A stretch of DNA of 64,000 nt. It comes from Chloropicon primus. Lineage: Eukaryota. The stretch is taken from the NCBI GenBank assembly GCA_023205875.1, contig CP060762.1, positions 310,001-374,000 on the forward strand, read 5' to 3'. The notes under the pieces are model-generated. The model saw only the letters and a program-made list of their open reading frames with translations, was not told where the DNA came from and searched no databases. Made by a program: the position numbers and the translations under genes. The number at the start of each line of letters is the position of its first letter. Position 1 is the first letter of the stretch. Below, piece by piece: positions 32,112 through 41,759 of this stretch.

Positions 32112-33395
32112 TTAGTTGAAGTCTTTCCCAAGAAGTCCATCCTCTTCCTCGTCGACCGCCCCCGAAGTCAGCTGCTTCCGGAGTTCTTGCTCTTGCATGA
32201 GCTCCATTGTGATCACCACCCTCCTGGATGCCGCCGCGACCTCCATGTCATGCTCCAGTGACCCCAATGACGTAGGGTCCAAGTCGCTGGACTCTGCGTC
32301 GTCGATGCTTTGGTTCAACTCGGTGACCGCGGAGTCCACGGCTCTGGAGTTGGCTTCGGAAAGGACATCCTCGGCGGGCTCCAGCTTTTGCAAAATACCC
32401 TTTTTGAGGTCCGAGGCTTGAACCGGCCCGGGAGAATCTCCCTCGACCTTCCTTTGCAAGGACTCGAGGGAATCGAGCGCGTCGTACTCGAGAGTGTCTG
32501 CCACTTGGGACACGCTCGTGTGCCCCTCCCAAGGGACAAACGCGGCGTAACCACAATTAGTGGGCACATCCCGCGGGATGTTGATGACTCTATTGCTTCC
32601 GTGCTGCCACCGAACGAATCGGCCGCCGTCCCTGACTGCGATGAGCTTGAATTCGTACGACTCGCCCTTGTTCAGCTTCACGCTGGCCTGCCAGGAGCTC
32701 TCCGTGTAGCCCGGGGTCCCACCCACGTTTCTGAACGGAACTCCTCGCGTGTGGTTCCATATCCCCAGGGCGTGGTCCTCGCCAACAACGAACAGCTCCT
32801 CGCCCACGCCGCACACGTACTCCGTCGTGAAGAGAATCCTCACTGCATCCGAGGTCAGCACGCAGAGACACAAACACAAACACAAACACAAACACAAACA
32901 CGACCCGTTTCAGTGTAACGTTCCCTCATCACCTCGATCAATCGTCCTCTCTCTGGCCAAGTGAAGGGATCTTTGGACACAGAAAGATGCGATGCATCCA
33001 TTCAGAACTCCTCATCTTGCCCTTGACACCGTCCACCACTATCATCATCAACATCAACAACAACAACAACAACAACAACAACATCTGTCTCTGGTCGTCC
33101 TCGGCGTGCAAGGTGCACAAGCGGATGCCCCGATGGAAGCCACCTTACCTTTTGATTCTCCCCTGGCCATTGAAGAAGCCACGGACGACGTCGACGCCTC
33201 CACCTTCGGCATCACCAAACGGGTTTGTTCTGTCTGTCTCGATCCCACAACACGATTCCATCGCGAGCGACGACTTGTTGTTGAAGAACGTCTGCAATGA
33301 AGATGCTTCGAGTGATGCGGGTGGAGGCAAGGCAGGAGAAGACCTTCGCTCCGTGTCCATCCCCCCGTCATCCCTCCTCTCCCTCCCATCGGCAT
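32112..33395 (-). CDS. Plastid-type starch-binding CBM20 domain protein; exons 33395-33149 and 32842-32112
   Basis: VGEELFVVGEDHALGIWN..WQASV..YEFKL..VRWQHGSNR CBM20 pattern; phase-1 intron GTAAGG..CTGAC..GCAG; transit-peptide-like exon 1. Confidence 0.8.
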
Positions 33396-34010
33396 GAACA
33401 CACGAGTATGTTGGTGATGATGTTGGTGATGCCAAGACCAAGACGCTTGTCTCTTCGTGTCACAAAATCCTCACCAGAGCGTCATTTCTTTCGATCGACA
33501 GCTCTTTCGAAAGAGAAGGAGATGGTCCTTCCGCTTATTCCCTCCAACTCTCCACTTTGCTCCCCACAGACCTTCAGTCGCAGCCCTTTCCCTCTCTCTC
33601 TCTCTCAAGGCGCCCACACTGCTCTGCTTGTGCTTGCTTGCAGGAGGCGCCTTGAGAGAGTGAGAGTGAAGGGAAGGCGATCGCATTGCTCGCGCGGTGG
33701 AGAGCGAGGGAGGGAGGGAAGCGGAGTGTGGAACCATCACAAGGAGCGTCTCTTGTTCTTTCAATTGATACCTTGGTTGACTCGTTTGGTGGTCGGAGTC
33801 CTCGCCGTCGTCGACGAGGAAGAGCATTTGGAGGAGAGAGAGTGCGAGGGAGAGGGAGGGAGAGTGGGGTGCTGAAGGGGAGAGGGAGGGAAGGGGAAGA
33901 AGGGAGGTTGATTTTCAGGACGATCGTATCCTTCTCTTTTGAAAGAGCCCGCGCTTGCTTCGTTTGACGCTCGGAGTGCTCGAGAAGTTGCTGCGAAGCA
34001 GGATTGTGAG

Positions 34011-35588
34011 ATGGCGGCTTCAGGGAGGAAGGCGGTGAGTAGGAAGCACCGGGAGGCGAGGGGCCAGGATGGCACCAAGGTTGTGCTGGCGACGACGGGC
34101 GAAGGTCCGAACAAGGTCGTTGATAGGAAGCTGAAAGGTCGAATGAAGCGGGAAGGTGCTCTGGACAGAGAGGCGGCGAAGAATGCTGCAGGTGTGGAGT
34201 TCTGGCTCAACACGCATGACCACGGAGAGCTCGCACCAGAGAACGAGCTGGAGAAGACGTGGCGCCTCAAGCAGGAGGAGGTTGCCTCCCTCGTGGAGGT
34301 GGGCGCTGCATCAAAGCGGTTCGACTTGAAGCTGGAGGACCACGGCCCTTACGCTTGCAACTATTCGAGAGATGGGAGGTGGTTGCTCCTGGGTGGGAAG
34401 AGGGGGCACCTTGCTATGCTGGACTGGCAGAGGCACAAGGTGGTGTGTGAGGTTCAGGTGAAGGAAGCGGTGAGGGACGTTTGCTTCCTTCACAACTCGG
34501 TTTTCTTCGCCGCGGCGCAGAAGAAGCAAGTCTACGTGTACGACAAGAGGGGCATCGAGGTCCACTGCATGAAGGAACACAGGGACGTGGAGAAGCTCAC
34601 TTTCCTTCCGCAGCACTTTCTTCTGGCTTCCGTGGGCGCCCAAGGCATCTTGAGGTACCAGGACACGTCGACCGGAGAGATTGTCGCCATGCACAGGACC
34701 AAGCTGGGCCCGTGCAAGGCCATGTGCCGCAACCCGTTCAACGGGATTGTGTTGTGCGGCCACGCCGGGGGGACGATCACCATGTGGTCGCCGAACATGA
34801 CCGTGCCACTGGTGAAGATGCTGTGCCACAGGGGGCCGGTGAACTCCCTCGCGGTGGATCAGAGCGGGAGGTACTTGGTCACGATTGGGTCGGACAAGCA
34901 GATGAAGGTGTGGGACGTGAGGACGTACAAGCTCCTGCACGCGTACTTCTGCTCGGCTCCCGCAAAGAGCGTAGAAATCAGTCAGAGGGGTCTGGTGGGA
35001 ATCTCTTGGGGATCAAGGGTGCAAGTCTGGAAGGACGCTCTTCATGTCAAGGCAAAGGCGCCGTACATGAACCACCAGCAGGACTCTGGGTACATCCGGC
35101 AAGTCTCCTTCTGCCCGTACGAGGATGTTCTCGGCATCGGGCACGAGAGGGGCTTCAGCTCCATCCTGGTTCCTGGGGCTGGAGAGCCGAACTACGACTC
35201 GTTTGTGGCCAACCCGTACCAAACGAGGAAGGAAAGGAGGGAGCACGAGGTCCACGCCCTGCTGGACAAGCTTCAGCCCGACACCATCGTCCTCAACCCT
35301 CAGGCTGTGGGCAACTTGAAGCTGGACCCGAAGGAGATTGTGGCGCAGAAGAAGCAGGAGCAGAGGGCGGCGATCCAGTCGAGGACAACCAAGCAGAGGG
35401 AGAAGAACGAGGCCAAGAACAAGATGAAGGGGAAGAACAAGCCGACGAAGAGGCACCGCAAGAAGCAGATGAACGTCATACGAGACCAAAAAGAAGCTTT
35501 GCAGGAACTAGTCAAGAGGAAGGACCGGGACAACAGGGAGAGCAAAATTGGCGAGGACGTTCCGAGCTCCTTGAAGCGTTTTTATTGA
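34011..35588 (+). CDS. UTP7: U3 snoRNP WD40 protein Utp7/WDR46 (BING4)
   Basis: GPY..YSRDGRWLLLGGKRGH, FLPQHFLL, FCPYEDVLGIGH..SILVPGAGEPNYD (BING4CT). Confidence 0.93.
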   Translation: MAASGRKAVSRKHREARGQDGTKVVLATTGEGPNKVVDRKLKGRMKREGALDREAAKNAAGVEFWLNTHDHGELAPENELEKTWRLKQEEVASLVEVGAASKRFDLKLEDHGPYACNYSRDGRWLLLGGKRGHLAMLDWQRHKVVCEVQVKEAVRDVCFLHNSVFFAAAQKKQVYVYDKRGIEVHCMKEHRDVEKLTFLPQHFLLASVGAQGILRYQDTSTGEIVAMHRTKLGPCKAMCRNPFNGIVLCGHAGGTITMWSPNMTVPLVKMLCHRGPVNSLAVDQSGRYLVTIGSDKQMKVWDVRTYKLLHAYFCSAPAKSVEISQRGLVGISWGSRVQVWKDALHVKAKAPYMNHQQDSGYIRQVSFCPYEDVLGIGHERGFSSILVPGAGEPNYDSFVANPYQTRKERREHEVHALLDKLQPDTIVLNPQAVGNLKLDPKEIVAQKKQEQRAAIQSRTTKQREKNEAKNKMKGKNKPTKRHRKKQMNVIRDQKEALQELVKRKDRDNRESKIGEDVPSSLKRFY

Positions 35589-35667
35589 TTGATTATTGAT
35601 TGATTGGTTTGTGCAATTCATCGTATATTTTTACATCCATGTTTTACAAAAGTTTTAACCTGAAAAC

Positions 35668-37036
35668 CTATTTTTCCACCACTCCTCCTCCCTGTCCGCC
35701 GGCATGGACGTCGCAAAGCTTCGAGTACTCATCTTGGAGACGCTTGGTGACCTCCCCGCGCTTTCCTCCTCCAATCTCGCGTCCATCCACTTCCACCACA
35801 GGGATGGCACCAGCAAACGTCCCGGTCACAAAGCACTCGGAGGCAGAATAAACCTCGGTCACCGAGAAGTTTCGTTCCTTGGTCTGAATACCGCACCGCT
35901 CCGCGAGGTCGAGCATGTTCTGCCTGGTAATTCCGTGAAGCTGGTACTCTGTTGTCGGCGCAATGAGTTGCCCCCCGCAAACCATGAAAAAGTTGGTGCT
36001 GTTACAAGTCGCAACAAAGCCTTGAGGATCCAACATGAGCGCCTCGTTTACGCGCGCTTGCTCTGCTTGGATACAAGCCGCGATGCACTGGTGTTTCGAC
36101 AACGAGTTGATCATCGGATCCTGCGTGTCGGGCCTTGCTCTTCTGACGAACGAGGTGATCAGCTTAATGCCATTTGTCTTCACATCCTCCGTGACCGCCT
36201 TTCTCTCAGGGATGATCACGATCGTCGGCATGCCCAACGTCGCTTTCGGGGCTTGGTACGGCGTCAACTTTTCACCCCTGGACACGATCAGCCGTATGTG
36301 AACCCCGGATTCCATCCCATTGGCGACGCATGTCTCCTCGACCATTGTTTTGAGCTCATCCTTGGTGAGATCGATGGACATGGCAAGGGCTTTGGCGCCT
36401 TGGTAGAGACGGGCAACGTGCTCGTCCCAGAACAGAAGTTTCGACTTGTGCAATCGAATTCCTTCCCAGACGCCGTCCCCCAGAACGAAGCCCGCGTCCA
36501 AAACCGAAACCTTGGCCAGGCGCCTCGGTACCAATGAAAAATCCAGTGTCACGCCGTTCCTCACGCCGATCAGAATCGAAGCGTTCCGATCATCTTGCTT
36601 GAAGGCATGAGTCCCCCCTCGTACTGCCGCCTCCTGGTCCACGGGCGAGGATGCCTCAAGAACGTCGCGCGCACGGACCGCGCGGGCCTTCAAGAGGCTC
36701 CAGAACGGGTGAACATCCTCCAGCAGGTCAACAATATTTTTGCTCACGGCCTTGGCCATCTTGTGAGATCCAACGCTCTTCGAGAATCCTGTGCTCCTCC
36801 TCGAGTTGCGATACCAAAGATCGGCCCAGCAGCCCTCGTAATCCTTTGGCCCAGCTGTCCAAGCCAGCATTCTTTCATCGAAGGCAACGCCGACGTGACT
36901 CGTCATCGCCTTGAGCATCCGAGCTGGACTCTCGAGCACGTCCTCGGACACAAGCACGAGGCGGTGGAGGGGAGGAGGAGGAGGAGGAGGAGGAGGAGGA
37001 GGAGGAGGAGGAGGAGGATGCGCTCGCTCGCGCGCT
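35668..37036 (-). CDS. 3' part of sulfotransferase-like/class IV PLP aminotransferase (plant BCAT-like type); 5' boundary uncertain
   Basis: VSVLDAGFVLGDGVWEGIRL, EALMLDPQGFVATCNSTNFF, LHGITR, ECFVTGTFAG; begins mid-domain (LVSEDVLESP..MLAWTAGPK). Confidence 0.85.
36966..37018. repeat. (GGA)n microsatellite close to the insertion junction
   Basis: Direct reading. Confidence 0.95.
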
Positions 37037-37060
37037 CTGCTTCACCCCTCGAGGCCTCAA

Positions 37061-39011
37061 GGTTGTCCTGCTAACCCTCATCGCGGAGAGGCGAGAGCGA
37101 CTCTATCCAAAAAGTGAAAATCGGAATCCACCTGGCGCTCAATCATGATGGATGAGAAGGGAGGGGGCATGATGGTTGGGGAGAGGAGTGGTAATGTGTG
37201 GTGGTTTATGCCTACCTACCTACCTATCCACTTCTTCTTCTTTTTACCGGCTTATGGAACGTGTTGTTTCCGCTCTTCATGCAAGGAGGCAGGATCAGGT
37301 GGACAAGAGAACAAAACCAGGAGAGGTGACTCTCGCAGCAACGACTGACTGCTGTCCACAATTAGGGCTCCAGAGGCTTTATCAGCGCGGGGGGCGACCT
37401 CATCTAAACAAGGAGAGAGAGAGGGGGGCGTGTTATATATGTATTGTTTCTATATATAAAAAAGATATGAAATATATGATTGGGAGAGAGACAGAGAGAG
37501 ACATCGGTTGCTCGAGGAGAAGATGAAGAAGACGAGAAAAAAAAAGCATGATGAAAGCTAAGCTGCGGAATGGAAGTACTTGTCGGTCCACGTGTCTACC
37601 TTCTTACGCGCGTGCGGGTTCGGCTGCACGCCAATCTTCGACGCGTGCAGGTGCAGGCACGTCTTCCCAGGCTGCGACTCCGATCGCAGGTACCCATTCG
37701 CCTCCAGCTTTGCCGCGGGGATGATCCAAAAGTATGCTTTGCCTTCCACCCACGCCACCGCCACTAGCTCGTCGAACGCCCCTGCCGGGTAAGGATCTTT
37801 CAGCTCCTTGCCCGCCTCGTCACGCCCGGCGTAGGTGTACAGGTTGCACATAAACCCGGCGGCGCCGTTAGACGCCGCGCGCGCCGTCTTGAACTGCTGG
37901 CGCGTCGTCGCATCCTTCAGCAGGTCGACTTGGGTGTTCTGTCCCTCGGGGAAGGCGTAGCGGTGCTTTGGGAAGCTCGCCTTGAACGCGTCGATGCCGC
38001 GCATCTCGAGCGCGTGGGCCTCGGACGCGAAGTCGTGCCGCGCGGCGTGCTCGGTGACGGTCGTCCACCGACACAGATGGGCCTGGGCCTGGGCCTGGGC
38101 CTGGGCCTGGGCCTGCTCGCTCAGCCATTGCACGAGCGCGGCGAGGTTGAGGCCACGCGCGAGCGCGAGCTCACAGTTCTTGCGGAGGGGGGTGACGCTC
38201 AGGTCCAGCTTGCCGCGCTCGTTCAGCGCGTTGCCGTTGTACACCCACGCGTCGCCGACGTCGCACCGCCAGCACACCACACACATCCCCGAGTAGCCGG
38301 TGACGTTGTGGAAGTACCACGTATTCGGGCTACCCTTCACGGTGCCGCTCGTCGTCTTGAGCTGCACCGGCAGCCACGCGTCCTCCTCGCTCAGGCGGAG
38401 GAGCACGTCGGCTTTCGTGCCGTCGTTTAGCACGAGCGCCGCGCTCCCGGGGATGGTCGCCTCCCATCTGGCGACGAGGGCGAGCGCCACTTCGCGCTCC
38501 GTGGCGGAGCTCCGGCCGTAGATCGCCAGGTCGCGGGCGCGCTTCACCGCGAGCGCGGCTCGGTCGGTCTCCCTCTTCTTGAGTTTGCCCGCGCGGTACG
38601 CCTCGAGGGCGGCGACGGCCTCCGCCACGGTGGCGAAGTATTCCTTGGGGCGACCGATACGCACTCCGTACTTCTTCTTCTTGCGGCGCTTGTCAATGAA
38701 CACCCCCTTGGGCATGGTCGCGCTCCGTCTTCTGTCCCTCGGCCTCGACGCCCGTCCGTTACTTTTAAGTTTTTCGGTCCGCTTCTCCTCCCGCCGATTT
38801 TCAAAATGCCCCCCGCCAAAAGCCATGGCGGGAAAAGGACGGGCGATGGAGGTGTTGGAGGGTTTGAAGGCGAAGGTGTCGGTGGATGCGACCGAGGGGG
38901 AGATCCAGCTGGCGAGGAAGGAGGTGCGGCAGCACGTGGAAGCCCTCGACCGAGACTTGCTGAGGCAGGCCGCGGCTGTCTGTGCGACGACCTCAGGGAG
39001 AGGGGGTTGTC
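37061..39011. mobile_element. Candidate insertion (or large nested intron) splitting the aminotransferase-like gene, bounded by direct repeat GGTTGTC
   Basis: GGTTGTC at 37061-37067 and 39005-39011; contains nuclease-like ORF and a truncated divergent ORF; no terminal inverted repeats or LTRs seen. Confidence 0.45.
37558..38715 (-). CDS. AP2-like DNA-binding domain + tandem PD-(D/E)XK-type nuclease-like protein
   Basis: PKGVF..KYGVRIG..YFATVAEAVAA; DGTKADVLL..WLPVQLKTT; NTQVDLL..RQQFKTA; (QA)n linker; visibly more GC/CG-rich than neighbouring genes. Confidence 0.6.
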   Translation of the reverse strand: MPKGVFIDKRRKKKKYGVRIGRPKEYFATVAEAVAALEAYRAGKLKKRETDRAALAVKRARDLAIYGRSSATEREVALALVARWEATIPGSAALVLNDGTKADVLLRLSEEDAWLPVQLKTTSGTVKGSPNTWYFHNVTGYSGMCVVCWRCDVGDAWVYNGNALNERGKLDLSVTPLRKNCELALARGLNLAALVQWLSEQAQAQAQAQAQAHLCRWTTVTEHAARHDFASEAHALEMRGIDAFKASFPKHRYAFPEGQNTQVDLLKDATTRQQFKTARAASNGAAGFMCNLYTYAGRDEAGKELKDPYPAGAFDELVAVAWVEGKAYFWIIPAAKLEANGYLRSESQPGKTCLHLHASKIGVQPNPHARKKVDTWTDKYFHSAA

Positions 39012-39446
39012 AAGCTTCGAGTACAGCTGCACCAGGGCCGGGTAGCACGACTCCTCGAGAGTGACCGGTGCCCCGCTGTCAAACGAATCGAGGGACTTCT
39101 CCACTCGGTTCCTGATGAGAAAGATGTGAAAGCACCTTCGATCTGTCACCAACTTGCTGTTCTCAAGTCCTTCGAGCTGCTTGCCCACGTGCTTCAGGAA
39201 AATGATTTGCTTGCCGTTCGACATCGACATGATTTTGTCCACGACTTTTGCTCCGTCCGTCTCCATGGACTGAAAGAGCTGCTTCTTGTACGGTCTCTCA
39301 ATTTCAGGATGGCGTACCAACCACTGGGCATACAAGGGCTCATCTATCACGAGAGTATCTTCTCTCTGAGCCCAGCTGTACATCATAGACGTCGAGCACG
39401 ACCTCGGGGCTGCCCACAAGTTCACAATCACTGGCGGACTCTCCAT
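38992..39446 (-). CDS. 5' part (P-loop sulfotransferase-like domain) of the split aminotransferase-like gene
   Basis: LWAAPRSCSTSMMYSWAQR..VIDEPLYA, IFLKH, HIFLIRN; similarity ends at LYSKLDN. Confidence 0.85.
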
Positions 39447-39741
39447 CCTTCCCAACCTTCGCTCCCTTCCCCCTCTCCCCTTCTCCTCCTCCCCTTGGCT
39501 CCCTTCTCCTCCCCTTGAACTCCTCTTCGTTCCCCTTGGCTCCCGCCAAAAAGAAGGAAGGAGGAGGAAGAGGGAGGCGGCGTTATAGAGAGAAGGACGG
39601 GAGGAGGAAGGGGGTTTCCAGGACGACGAAGAACGAAGCTACGTCTCGACATCTTTCCAACGAGTGACCACTCGAAGGGTCTGGCGAAGGGGAACGCATT
39701 GATTCATTGATTGATTCGTCCTCCCAAGCTTGAAGCTTGGG

Positions 39742-40383
39742 ATGTCAGAGGCCGCAGAGCGGAGGGCGGTGCCCTTCGGGGACAGCGAGTACTGGGTCGA
39801 GCGTTACGAGAGGGAGGCGGAGGACGGCTTTGAGTGGTATCCAGGAGCAGAAAGCATCGTCTGCGAGGAGTTGAGCCACCTAACGTCGGAGGAGAGGGGA
39901 TGGAGATGGCTGGAGATAGGGAGCGGAAGCTCTGCCCTCGCGTCCAAGCTCGCGGGAGAGCACTCCTCGGCCACGCTCTGTGTCAGCGATGTGGCCCCGA
40001 ATGTCGTCGCCACCATGAAGGAGAGGCTGCTGCAGGGCGGGGCTCAGAACCTGGAGTTTGCTGTTCTGGACGCCACGAGCATGAAGTGCATTCGTTCCGA
40101 ATCGATGGATCTGGTGTTCGACAAGGGAACATTGGACGCCATCGACTGCCTCGATCACGAGCACGCGGGGACGAGCAGGTGCCTCTCCGAGGTGAGAAGG
40201 GTTCTCAACCCAGGAGGTTCCTATCTCTTGGTCAGCTGCAGGGAGCCAGAGGGGAGGCGGCGAGACTTTGAGCTCGGGGGGCTGAGGCTCGTGAAGACGG
40301 TCGAGATCAAGGGAGTGGATCCCCGCTGCCCTTGCCCCGATGCGTATCTTTTCCTGGTCCAAAAAGCAGAAACTGTACCATAA
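39742..40383 (+). CDS. Class I SAM methyltransferase, METTL13/EEF1AKMT4-like
   Basis: YWVERY..FEWY, LEIGSGSS, DLVFDKGTLDA, RVLNPGG. Confidence 0.85.
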   Translation: MSEAAERRAVPFGDSEYWVERYEREAEDGFEWYPGAESIVCEELSHLTSEERGWRWLEIGSGSSALASKLAGEHSSATLCVSDVAPNVVATMKERLLQGGAQNLEFAVLDATSMKCIRSESMDLVFDKGTLDAIDCLDHEHAGTSRCLSEVRRVLNPGGSYLLVSCREPEGRRRDFELGGLRLVKTVEIKGVDPRCPCPDAYLFLVQKAETVP

Positions 40384-40428
40384 ACAATATTCAAATTCAA
40401 TATTCAATAATATTCTTATTATATATCT

Positions 40429-41328
40429 TCACCCAGCAGAGAAGGGGTTGAAGGGTCTCACCTCGAGCTCAGTCACCATCCTCTGGCTCAGAATTTTCGT
40501 GTACTCCGTCAGAGTGTGGATCTCCCGCGGCCTGTAAAGCTCCGCCGCCTTCACGTCCAACCCATCGGACTGCAGCAAAATGTCCCTCGCGGGAACCAGG
40601 TGCCTGTGCCAGAACTCCTCCAGCGCGGCGTATACGTAGCCCCAGTACTCCCTGTCCCTCTCCACCACGTACACGCAGCTCCCGCCCTCAATCGTCCAGC
40701 AGTAAAAGTACGTGGTCTGCATGTCGAAGATCTCCATCAGGCTCTGCACTTGCGCCATGTAGTACCAAGGCGCCCTGTCCCAAGGCTTCATCTCCTTGGG
40801 ATAGCCGCGGTTGTAGGGGCACTTGATCTCCAGCAGGGCATCCATGTCCGGAATTACCCCGTCAGGCGCAGCCCCGAGCCAGGTCTTCCCCTCCTCCCTG
40901 TGCAGGCGGACCAAGCCTCCGGCCTCCTTGTCCAGAAGCGCGAGCCCGTCCTTGCCGGCGTCCAGGACGTTGTACCCCGTCAGCGCCGAGAAGTCGTCCC
41001 GAGCCCGAGGCTCGTGCTTGGTCCCCCACCTCGTCGCGTCATTCCCTCGGAAGGGCTCCCTCAGGCCCAACTTCTCCTCCCACACTTGCTCCCTTCCCCC
41101 CTTCCACCAACCCAAGGCGTTCGCCAGCTGGGACCCAGTCAGCCTGCTCGCTCGCCTGATGGGGACGACAACCTTGTCCTTGGCGCCCTCCTCCTCGCCG
41201 CCGCCCCCCAAGTCGGAGGACGAGCTCCAACACCTCCCCTCACGCCTCGCACCCCTGCCGTTCGCCTGCACCCTCGCCCGGGTGAACGCCACCAATGACC
41301 TCGCTCTCGAACCGCAGCACCCTCTCAT
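40429..41328 (-). CDS. YqaJ/lambda-exonuclease-like nuclease with organellar-type presequence
   Basis: LTGSQ, ATRWGTKHEPRA, WLGAAPDG, LLEIKCPY, YYMAQVQ; Arg-rich N-terminus. Confidence 0.88.
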   Translation of the reverse strand: MRGCCGSRARSLVAFTRARVQANGRGARREGRCWSSSSDLGGGGEEEGAKDKVVVPIRRASRLTGSQLANALGWWKGGREQVWEEKLGLREPFRGNDATRWGTKHEPRARDDFSALTGYNVLDAGKDGLALLDKEAGGLVRLHREEGKTWLGAAPDGVIPDMDALLEIKCPYNRGYPKEMKPWDRAPWYYMAQVQSLMEIFDMQTTYFYCWTIEGGSCVYVVERDREYWGYVYAALEEFWHRHLVPARDILLQSDGLDVKAAELYRPREIHTLTEYTKILSQRMVTELEVRPFNPFSAG

Positions 41329-41759
41329 GACCGCTGATCTCGAGCCACAATCCTCACCAGTGGTCCAAATCTTCCAAACAAAGTCTCCAACGAAAGAGAA
41401 GGAGCAGATCTTTCCCGTCGCGCCCTCTCTAGTAACCGAGACTCACGTCCCCTCTCTCAAACCATCACCCTCTGTCCCTCCTCCTCCTGCTCTAGACCAA
41501 ACCTCCTCTCTCCTTATCCAGTTTCTGCTTCGCAGCAGTGAGCCAGGGGGCGGAGGAGAGCGAAGAACGAGGTGAGTTTTCCGCGACGTTTGTGGAGTTT
41601 GAGGCGATGGATTGCGACGTGGATAAAACCGCCGTCTTTTGGGCTTTCCAATGGACCCTCTCTCGAAAGATTTGGTGCGGGGAGGAGGAAGCGAGAGGCT
41701 GAGACGTCGTGTGTTTTTCTGTTTTTTGTTTTTTTGGTTTGTTGATTTGATTTGATTTC

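Noticed and set aside
37537..37545. A-run after the nuclease ORF as a retrocopy poly(A) tail
   Set aside because: It reads as poly-T on the coding (minus) strand
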